Origin: Zancudomyces culisetae HAW-14-8
Taxonomy: Eukaryota > Fungi > Kickxellomycota
Length of the DNA: 64,000 nucleotides
Reading direction: 5' to 3'
NCBI GenBank assembly: GCA_052426225.1
Contig: JBNJNM010000015.1
Coordinates: forward strand, 186,001-250,000
The position numbers were made by a program, and so were the translations under genes. Below the pieces are notes generated by a model. That model was not told the DNA's origin. It made no database searches and was given only the letters and a program-made list of their open reading frames with translations. This document shows positions 48,570 through 58,189 of the stretch, piece after piece (position 1 is the stretch's first letter; every line of letters starts with the position of its first letter).

Positions 48570-50261
48570 TTAACGAATCTTAAAGTACAATCCCTTGTTT
48601 ATGCAAAAATCGCTAAGGGATGTATAGTGAGAGAATGCGGCTTGTCCATGTTTATTTTTTTTAACTGAATAATTGGCATGCACCTCGTATTTTCTAATTA
48701 TCATCGCCAACATCAGCTTCATAAGTGCAGCAGCATACAATCTTGCTAAACAGACCCGATTGCCAGCACCCCACATTAAATTAGCCAGCGAAGCATCAGT
48801 TAGCTTCAGACCAAGACGAATGTGTCGCTTGTAGTCGAATTCATTCGCATTTGGTCCAAATATTTTGGGATCCCTATTATGCGCCTGAATGTTAAAACTC
48901 ACATATTGATGTTTAGAAATGGTCACCCCATTGGACATCACTACTTCCTGAGTCGTACAACGGGGCATAAATGGATCCGATCCCGAAAGCCTGATCGTTT
49001 CTTTAATGAACGCATCCAAGTACACCATTTCGTCCAGCATCTCAATTGTAATATGGTTGTTACCACCATTCTTTTTAAGTAGATCTTGTTGCTCACGCAG
49101 CAACTCTTTGTAGACGTCAGGCCTTAAACTAAGTTCTACTAATAGGTTGAATATTCGCCTTGATGTCACTTCCACACCAACAGCTATATTTGTCTGTATG
49201 CAATACGCAACGCTCGTTAGCTCCGCTTGGAAAATGCTAAAATTGTCTGTAAAAAATTGTATTATATCAGTTGGTTTACTATATTCGGGAAGGTATTTTC
49301 TGCGGCTCGACTCAAGTTCAAAATACTCATAAAAGTAGTTATTGCCCAAATACCCCGCAGTAAATAGTGTTGAAAAAAACTCTTGATTATTTACGTTTCC
49401 AAGCCTGGTCGGCTTCGTCACTTTTTTCAAGCTTCCAACCAAATCCTTGTCTCTTATTGCGTACGGGCCAAAAAACCTAAATACTATAGCAAACCTAACC
49501 ATATTTTTTACTGTTTCATACAAATTGTTGACCACAACTTCATTTCCATTATACACGTTTCCAGAGGATATAATCTCTTTCCTGATTACACGTTCCAGGG
49601 TCGGTTGGATTGCTTTTATCGATTCTTTTAAATCAACATACGAAAGAAAATGTAACAAGTATCTATTGTATAGGATATCGTTTGCATTCATTCCTCTGGT
49701 TAATATTGTGTATTTGTGGTGGTTTCTTAGAAAAGCCCGGTTTTTATTAAATATCGTCTCTGGATGCTTTACATATTCTGATGAAAACCTTCCACCAATC
49801 AAAATACTTCTTCCTTGCTCCGAATTAACTCTGCATATAGTTTGATTCATGTGCTTCCCGTAAACCTCACGTTTGTCTCTGGATCCTTGCGAAGAACTGC
49901 GGTTAATACTTGCCTCTATGCATTTTACTTTTTTTAAACCATAGGGCACGGCTAGTTCCTTTAGCATTTTTTTGATTGTTCCTGATATTTGGTAGAAGTA
50001 AAGAAAAGGCAAAACTAAGTTCTTAATAAAAACCAGTATTTCTTGTAGCCATTGATCCGAGACGACGTATTTTAATAGCCATTTTATATCACACACCAAT
50101 AATGGTAGATAAATAAGATTTGTCAGTATGTGTCTATATTCGCTCTCTGTTACAAAAAACACAAAGTCATCAACAAACTGTATTGAAAATAATACACTCA
50201 GAATATAGTCGTGTATGTAAAAACCCAACCCCAGAACTGATCTTTTCATCCCACCCATCAC
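48570..50261 (-). CDS. divergent cytochrome P450
   Basis: K-helix YLDAFIKETIRL (ExxR), HNRDPKIFGPNANEF, heme loop WGAGNRVCLAR and a hydrophobic N-terminus; start position uncertain. Confidence 0.85.
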   Translation of the reverse strand: MMGGMKRSVLGLGFYIHDYILSVLFSIQFVDDFVFFVTESEYRHILTNLIYLPLLVCDIKWLLKYVVSDQWLQEILVFIKNLVLPFLYFYQISGTIKKMLKELAVPYGLKKVKCIEASINRSSSQGSRDKREVYGKHMNQTICRVNSEQGRSILIGGRFSSEYVKHPETIFNKNRAFLRNHHKYTILTRGMNANDILYNRYLLHFLSYVDLKESIKAIQPTLERVIRKEIISSGNVYNGNEVVVNNLYETVKNMVRFAIVFRFFGPYAIRDKDLVGSLKKVTKPTRLGNVNNQEFFSTLFTAGYLGNNYFYEYFELESSRRKYLPEYSKPTDIIQFFTDNFSIFQAELTSVAYCIQTNIAVGVEVTSRRIFNLLVELSLRPDVYKELLREQQDLLKKNGGNNHITIEMLDEMVYLDAFIKETIRLSGSDPFMPRCTTQEVVMSNGVTISKHQYVSFNIQAHNRDPKIFGPNANEFDYKRHIRLGLKLTDASLANLMWGAGNRVCLARLYAAALMKLMLAMIIRKYEVHANYSVKKNKHGQAAFSHYTSLSDFCINKGLYFKIR

Positions 50262-52655
50262 TCCTCTTTAACTGCTGTTGTCTATATACCTACTAGAAAT
50301 TTTTATAGAAAAAAATACTCTCTATCAATTTAATAAGATATCACTGATGTGAAGCCTAGAGCTATTAGGATACCTTTCTGTTTAAAGTGCAGATTGAAGA
50401 TAGCATTTTTCAATTGCTTTTATAACATCTTTTTTCTTTTTTTCGTATATCATTTTTTATTATTAAAGTGTTTATTCATTCAGTAGCCTAGTACAATATA
50501 AAAAGTTGTCTAGAAAAAAGTTCTATTAGTATTATATTGTATATCATTTTTATAAAAATTCATTACAAAAGCCACATTAAGTTTGGGTGTTAACTAAAGA
50601 GTATGTGAAAATTCTTTCTATTTATAAAATCATCTGATTTACAAAATCCTTCGATGCATTTCAACCAAACCACTTCCATTTAAATGTTGTAGTGTTATTT
50701 GTGACTGTACAATATGGCTACCAACAATTTCTTGTGCTATGTTTGGTATATATTGATTACTTAAATTAACCTATAGTATGTATTATCAAGTATGAATATC
50801 CATTTTTTAAAAATGTAATAGAGAAAGATAAATGAATAAATGTGAAGATCTAATAGGAGCAAGAAAAGTGTTTTGATATTTCTCACTGTAAAAAATCCAA
50901 GAGTTTAAAATTAGTAAATAAGGATAATGTTATAACATTATATATATATGTATCCCTAACTTTTCAACCACCTATTTGTGTCAGTATTAAGAAAAGCGAT
51001 ATGGAATATCTTGTAAAAAAAAATACTGTGTACTCTAATTATAGTGTATCAGTTCTGCAAGTATTCTGTACAATTTTCGTTATCTTTTTTGACATTGATG
51101 AAGCCCGATAACTCTTTAATCGAATATTTTTACAGACTGACCAGTTTGACCGTTTAAAGGCTGGCGAAGCCGACAAAACCTCTACTCTTGGAAAAGCATT
51201 TATTTTTTTGGAAAAGGGCAAGGAAAATAAAGCCTATTGCATATCAAGAAATGTAAATTATTTAAACTGTAAAGTAACAACGATTCAGGATTGAATTTAA
51301 TAGGACCAAAAGTAGTTTGATGGTTCACCAGAATCATGTATGGAAGATTTTTTATATTAAAAAGGACAAAAAGTCACAAATGATTGAGAAGGTGAGGTCA
51401 AAGTAAATAATACTTTAGCTTACATCAAGGAGTGATCGATTCACTCAGATTGAGAAAACACCTTTCAAAAATGTGCAAAAATGTATTGTAAAAAATAAAC
51501 TTAAAGAAATGGTACAATTCTCAATCTCACATCACACTAATCTAACCTAATTGTCGTCAACACAAAACCAATAGTATTTTTTTGATAGTTTAGATGGAAT
51601 CAATTAGGAAAACTGAATATCGAAGATAAAATTAAAAGGCATGTGTACCCATTAAAGCATGGAGGTAACAACTGACCCAGCTTGGTCAAAATGATTTGGA
51701 AGCTCAATGATTCCCAATTTGAAGGTTTGTAAATATAATCAAATTGATGATATCACGTACAAGTTAGAGTGCAAATGATTACAATCTTCTGAAACCTAAT
51801 TCATCGACTTTTCACATTGCACTTGTCATAGCCAAATAATAGTTCACGATAATTATAACCAACGCAAGTTGGATGTCACCAAGAAACAATGAAGAGATAA
51901 GGAAAATAAGAAAAACCTACTTTAAGAGAACAGAGTTAAATATTCATAAAAAATACAATTGATAGACAGAATGTTATAGTTAGGTAGTCGAATAACAAAA
52001 TGATTTTAAATAAATAAGAATACAGTATAAGACGCAACGTGACATATTTATCAAAAAATACTGTACACAAATTAATGCTTGAAAAAAATCAAACTGAACT
52101 GCGATGAAATTTTATCAGTGCCAAAGATTAAACATCGCACAAAACTTTACAAAATCCATATAGTTAAGGCAATTCGGGGTATTTCCAGAGCGCACACAGA
52201 CGAATTGTTAAAGTATTCTGTAATTTAAACTCACAGGAGTCTACTTTCAAGTTTTGTGTTAATGTACGCAAATAATATATATTTCACTAAAAACGGCAAA
52301 GCGCTGTAGATGACTTTTTTTGTTATAAACTATATAAAAAAATCACATAAAACTTGAAAGTAAAGTAGATAATATTGTCTACAGAATGATAATAATCATA
52401 AGTATTTATAATTATGTTTAAAAAAGGATAATGACATTGTACTTGGTTTGTATATTTTTGTTTTTATGGTCAGTAAAAAAACCAAAATTTTTATTTCCTT
52501 TTGTAAACACTTGGGACTCATTTGATTGTATAATAATAAAATAACTATAATTAAATCAATTCAAGACAGGTGAAATACCTGTTTCAATGACACTATGGTT
52601 CAAAAGCTTGACTACAAACAGCTTTAAAATAAGATGGATGTAAAATACCAAATTC

Positions 52656-52977
52656 TTTTTTTTTTCGGTAGAAGAAAAATTTATTTAGAAAATAAACAGT
52701 TCCTAAAAAAATAAAAACAATCTATAATCTAAACTCATCCTATTCCCCTTCGACTCTCTAGAGTCTCCGTACCCGATGGGCAATTGATTCAAGGGGAGTG
52801 GGACTACACTAATGTCTTTCAACACTAGGTAGCGAGGTAAAAAGGTCTCGTTAAGAAACCGGGCTGTGGAAACCACTGCTCTAACGCAAGTGGCGTTTGG
52901 ATCCCGAAGAATCCCAGGTAGTTTGAGCTTTAACTCCTCCCCCAGGAGGTTACCCACGATTTTCCTGCGAAGCTCAA
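52656..52977 (-). mobile_element. 5'-truncated LINE family A copy (~320 bp)
   Basis: Near-identical to 58105..58431, with poly(A) tail and one frameshifting insertion. Confidence 0.95.
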
Positions 52978-54076
52978 TTTTTTTGTTAAGTGAATTTATT
53001 AAATAAATATCCCATAAAACTACAAAAAATAATCCTATAAAATATCTACCTAACCAATTCCCCTCCGTCCCTCTAGGGACTCCATACCCACCGGGCGTTG
53101 GTTCAAGGAGGCTGTTTCTGATCTAAGTCGGTCTAAGATTTGTATCCTCGTTCAACATATTCCGTCCAAAAATTGTGCCGTTACCAGCTCAACCAAAGAC
53201 GGTGCTTCGGTTTCTCTCTTCTTAACGGAAAGAGTAACAATTCTTTTTGACTCCCGTCCAAGGAGTCGCTCTACAAAAAAATTCCGCCATCCTTCACTAC
53301 TACCTCTCTCCTGACTTCCTATAATTGACATATCTGGGATACGTTCCAGAGTTTTATACCTAACTCCAGCCCAGTATTTACAGTCCAGTAGCATGTGTTC
53401 AGTGGTTTCTGCGCTGTTTTTTTTTACAAAATGGGCACCTGGTCTTGAACTTTTCATCTATTATCTCCAACTTTGCCAGCCTCTCTGCTGTCCAGAACCT
53501 ACCTGTTTTTATTCTCCCTATCTCCATAAGCCCCTGCTTATGCTCAGGGTATATAAGTTGTAGGTAAATCAAATTACTCATTCCCTCGAGATTCCTGTCT
53601 AATAACCATCTCGAGATTTTAGACTTGTCATTATGAGAGTATCGTTCTAATAGTACGCTTCTCGCTGTTTTGTCCTTCTCCGATCCAATATGTTTTTTCA
53701 TCCATTTTTTCGTCCCCGTAACCCAAGTGTTGGATCTGTTTGAAATTGGATTTAATATTAAATCGGCAATCTATGTTTTCAGTGTCAGCCATTTCAGAAT
53801 TGCTCTTTCCCGTGCCGCACTAGCTTTTAGATTTACTGTGGGAATTCCAAGTTCATTTCGCAATCTATTCAATGCCGCAGATTTATCCGCTCTCATCATC
53901 GTTCGCATCGCATTGTCAATTACAGTCTGAATTTTTTTCCTTCTAGTTTTGCTCATTCCAAAGAGTTCACCTCCATATCCTCCTATGGGTAGCAAAACCG
54001 CTTGTATAAATTTGTATCTTATTGCAATTGGTATACTACTTTTTTTCAAAAATGAATAAGTCCCCCAAAAAATCAT
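52978..54076 (-). mobile_element. 5'-truncated, mutated LINE family B copy (ORF2 C-terminus + 3' UTR)
   Basis: YGGELFGMS, LKT*IADL (family A has MKTWIADL), GRFWTAERLA, CPFC...EHMLLDC with a frameshift; ends LNQRPVGMESLEGRRGIG*. Confidence 0.92.
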
Positions 54077-54642
54077 TTTTTGTTCAAAAGTTTGATTTCA
54101 GTACTCAGTACTCAGCATATCATATATCAGTACCATATAAAATACAAACTACTGTATAGAAAAATACTCTTAGGTTATAGTTTTACTGTTCAGTTTTGCT
54201 GTTGTGATATATTATACACTTTCCCGTTGTCCTTTGATACAATAGTAAAAAATGGTAGGGGATGGAAAAAAAAATCGGGATAGTATGCTTAAGACGCACA
54301 TATACCTCATACTCAAACTGAGGTATCAGCAAAGGTATGTATATTATAAGAGAAATGAATATTACATGCACATGACAGGACCTGGTCTTTATATGTTTTA
54401 ATTATTTAAATCATTTTTTATTATGAATTTATATATTTCGGTTAACTAGGTATAATCCGTGGTAGAAAATCAGACAATTTAACGCCTCTTTGAAATGTGG
54501 TACTAGGCCCGGCACTGAGAGTAAAAATAAATAAAATAAAGCTACGTTAAGAATTAATAAGCCTTATGCTTAATGGTATAGGTTTCGCGTTTGCTGGTAT
54601 AAGTTGTCCACCACCTCCGCCATTACCATTACTATTTCTTCT

Positions 54643-55959
54643 TCATTTGTTGCCATTTCCATTGAAAAATCCGTTGTTGAGGTTACCATTTCCACTTCCT
54701 TTGTTGAAATTACCATTACCGCTTCCGGTGTTGCCATTTCCATTCAAAAATCCTTTGTTGAGGTTGCCATTTCCACTTCCTTTGTTGAAATTACCATTGC
54801 CACTTCCGATGTTGCCATTTCCATTTAGAAATCCGTTGTTGAGGTTGCCATTTCCACTTCCTTTGTTAAAATTACCATTGCCACTTCCGATGTTGCCATT
54901 TCCATTTAGAAATCCGTTGTTGAGGTTGCCATTTCCACTTCCTTTGTTGAAATTACCATTACCGCTTCCGATGTTGCCATTTCCATTTAGAAATCCGTTG
55001 TTGAGGTTGCCATTTCCACTTCCTTTGTTAAAATTACCATTACCGCTTCCGATGTTGCCATTTCCATTTAGAAATCCGTTGTTGAGGTTGCCATTTCCAC
55101 TTCCTTTGTTGAAATTACCATTACCGCTTCCGATGTTGCCATTTCCATTTAGAAATCCGTTGTTGAGGTTGCCATTTCCACTTCCTTTGTTGAAATTACC
55201 ATTACCGCTTCCGATGTTGCCATTTCCATTTAGAAATCCGTTGTTGAGGTTGCCATTTCCACTTCCTTTGTTAAAATTACCATTGCCACTTCCGATGTTG
55301 CCATTTCCATTTAGAAATCCGTTGTTGAAGTTACCGTTGCCACTTCCTTTGTTAAAATTACCATTGCCACTTCCGATGTTGCCATTGCCATTTCCACTTC
55401 CTTTGTTGAAAATACCATTACCATTTCCGATGTTCCCATTACCATTACCATTTGCACGGCTTCCTCCGCTCATTTGATTACTTCCACGTCCCCCACTAAA
55501 TCCACCGGCTCCTCCCATTCCTCCTCGACCTCCACTAAATCCACCAGCTCCTCCCATTCCTCCACGTCCCCCACTAAATCCACCGGCTCCTCCCATTCCT
55601 CCTCGACCTCCACTAAATCCTCCTCCTCCGCCACCACGACCTCCACTAAATCCTCCCCCACCTCCTCCACGGCCACCACCGCCACCACCATTTCTTCTTC
55701 GGTAGTATTTTGGACGAACCTGTGATTGATACTCCTCTGTGTCAGTCTTTTTGTCTGAGTCATATGATTCATATGTGCTGGTTACAGATTCTACATAAGT
55801 GGCAACTGGATACACATCTTCTACTGTATGTGAGTATTCCGTATCCTGAGATGTAGATGGTTCATAGTCTCTAAGATGCATTGGCTCATGGCGTATTGCG
55901 GCTGCGTTTACTCCTACTCTCAGTGAAGAGAGTATCAGCGTGAGTACTAAAACTTTCAT
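54643..55959 (-). CDS. secreted Gly/Asn-rich repeat protein, 438 aa
   Basis: Signal-peptide-like MKVLVLTLILSSLRVGVNA, acidic Ser/Thr/Tyr segment, RRR, GGFSGGRGG repeats, then 27-aa Asn/Gly repeats. Confidence 0.85.
   Translation of the reverse strand: MKVLVLTLILSSLRVGVNAAAIRHEPMHLRDYEPSTSQDTEYSHTVEDVYPVATYVESVTSTYESYDSDKKTDTEEYQSQVRPKYYRRRNGGGGGGRGGGGGGFSGGRGGGGGGFSGGRGGMGGAGGFSGGRGGMGGAGGFSGGRGGMGGAGGFSGGRGSNQMSGGSRANGNGNGNIGNGNGIFNKGSGNGNGNIGSGNGNFNKGSGNGNFNNGFLNGNGNIGSGNGNFNKGSGNGNLNNGFLNGNGNIGSGNGNFNKGSGNGNLNNGFLNGNGNIGSGNGNFNKGSGNGNLNNGFLNGNGNIGSGNGNFNKGSGNGNLNNGFLNGNGNIGSGNGNFNKGSGNGNLNNGFLNGNGNIGSGNGNFNKGSGNGNLNNGFLNGNGNIGSGNGNFNKGSGNGNLNKGFLNGNGNTGSGNGNFNKGSGNGNLNNGFFNGNGNK
54646..55455 (-). 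repeat. 81-nt coding tandem repeat, 9 units plus a degenerate lead-in
   Basis: aatccgttgttg recurs every 81 nt from ~54669 to ~55316; unit NGNGNIGSGNGNFNKGSGNGNLNNGFL. Confidence 0.95.
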
Positions 55960-57729
55960 TTTTAAATGTTGCTTGTGTTGGTCCTATTGATATATAAGTT
56001 AGTTTAAGCTGGTCTGCTGAAATATAATTTACTTGTCTTTATTGCTATTGTAATAATGAATAAACCTCAGAGTAGAGTATACTTGTGAAGCTTTATGCTG
56101 TTAAGTAGTGATGTCGATGATGGCCTATTTATACTTTTTTGCAAGCGCATATATTACTCGTATTTGAGAGTGCAAACGCTTAAGTTGAGTTATATCAATC
56201 CGTCACAAATACAACGTATCTTCTAAAAACACAATGCTTTCAACTTTGGCAGCTATTTTTCTGTAATGTGCTCTCAAAATAACATGTATCGTATATTATT
56301 TTAAACCAAGTGTTATGATGTAAATAAAGAACTCTTTTTTCCCCATTTTTACTAGGTTACAATCCAAATCGTTATTTCGAAAAATGCGGTTTTGATATTG
56401 AATTAATGTATCACTTTTTGAGGCTTCGAGAATTGACCATCTATTCTCTTATAATTGCTGAAATTCACTTTTCATTGAAATTTGGTCTAAAGAATGCTTT
56501 TCGCAAAGTATGAATGAATGCTAATCTTTACAATACATACGATCTATTTTGAGCTTTATAAACAAACCAGAAAAAAATTAATAAGGTTACATTTTTTAAC
56601 TGGTTTTAAATTGACTGCTTTTTTATGTACGATGGCTAATAATATGCTGTAAAAAAGCGATACCATAACTTAACAGTTTTAAAAGCGGAGATAGAAGAAT
56701 GATGTAGGATAATCAAATCGAGCTGAAATCAAAATTCATACTTCCTAGCAAAAAATTTATAAAACAGTGAAATATGCAACACGAACTCTTGTTAGCAGTC
56801 AAGCTAACTACACCACTCTTTTCTTAACCTGATTTTCACCTATAATGATGGTGTATCAACCGAAAAAAAGCGACACTTAAAAAATAAAATCGTATGATCA
56901 TGTTAACTTGCAAAAAATACAACCTGCGGATTCTCTTTTTTGTTGTTATATTGTTTAGAACAGTGATATTGGGATGATAATTGTTATGGGTTTAGGAAAA
57001 TGAACCAACCCTAATTTGAGATGACAAAAAATGGATGCAAGTATATGGAAAAACAGAATGCTACACAAAAAAATAGTGACTCTATAAGAGCCCAATGTTT
57101 ATAGAGTCCCAAAAAAGTATAAAGAAAGTGAAAAAATGGAAAAAATAGAAAAAATGGTAAAGATGATAAAAAAGACAAAGTACACAAAAATCGACAAAAT
57201 GCCCAAATCACAAAACCAGTTTGGTGCAACCCATGCCTACTTTCTTGTTCCACTCAAGTCCAAGTTTAGTTGTTCCATTCTAACCATATCCTTTATGAAA
57301 GCTTTAAAAGCGCTGTTCACTTTTTTTTTCATTGCTGGCTACAAGGTCCCACTTTTTTACCGGCTTCTATTCAATTAACTCCAATGCTAACCAACCTGGT
57401 TTATGAGATTTTAACCATTTGACACAAATCGCTCAATAGCTAATATATACACTAATAAAGTCATACATCAGATACAAGATAGTTCACCTGAATACTGAAT
57501 TATGGTTAGTAATGAACCACTTGAGAGTTGTGTGCCTTCAACCAACATAAATTCTTTTACAAAGCTATGCAACAAAACTTTTTTTTTTGGTAAAAAAGTA
57601 ACATACCTGGCCACAAACGTGAGTGCCTGAGCACTAGTGGCCGTACATTTTTTATCAACATAGTATGCTATGAATTTTTTATACCAAGTTACTTATTACA
57701 AGTCAACAATAGGTTTATCTAGCAAATAC

Positions 57730-58104
57730 TTTTTTTTTTTTTTTTTCGGTAGAAGAAAAATTTATTTAGAAAATAAAAAGTTCCTAAAAAAATAAAAACA
57801 ATCTATAATCTAAACTCATCCTATTCCCCTTCGACTCTCTAGAGTCTCCGTACCCGATGGGCATTGGTTCAAGGGGAGTGGGACTACACTAATGTCTTTC
57901 AACACTAGGTAGCGAAGTAAAAAGGTCTCGTTAAGAAACCGGGCTGTGGAAACCACTGCTCTAACGCAAGTGGCGTTTGGATCCCGAAGAATCCCAGGTA
58001 GTTTGAGCTTTAACTCCTCCCCCAGGAGTTTACCCACGACTTTCCTGCGAAGCTCAACACACTCGGAAATCGTGCTAGATAAAAAAGAACTATAAAAATC
58101 TATA
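57730..58104 (-). mobile_element. 5'-truncated LINE family A copy (~375 bp) abutting the poly(A) tail of the long copy
   Basis: Near-identical to 58105..58478 with a handful of substitutions; has its own poly(A) tail. Confidence 0.95.
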
Positions 58105-58189
58105 TTTTTTTTTTTTTTTTCGGTAGAAAAAAAAATTTATTTAGAAAATAAACAGTTCCTAAAAAATAAAAACAATCTATATTCTAAAC

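Noticed and set aside
51650-51850. Possible decayed LINE endonuclease remnant (WKLN, IDDITY, IDFSH)
   Set aside because: Motifs are too short and broken to support without a profile search.
52640-54090. Target-site duplications around the LINE copies
   Set aside because: Flanks (ccaaattcttttt vs aaaatcatttttt) do not match exactly; none claimed.
54380-54645. In-frame TGA as a selenocysteine codon
   Set aside because: No convincing SECIS stem downstream and no redox motif; the aligned internal site is CGA (Arg), so a nonsense change is simpler.
54646-55455. 81-nt periodic array as a CRISPR-like locus
   Set aside because: Contiguous coding tandem repeat with no unique spacers and no cas genes; eukaryotic context.
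54566-55477. 303-aa Pro/Leu-rich ORF on the + strand and other overlapping ORFs
   Set aside because: Antisense or alternative-frame shadow of the Gly/Asn repeat; the - strand ORF has the signal peptide.
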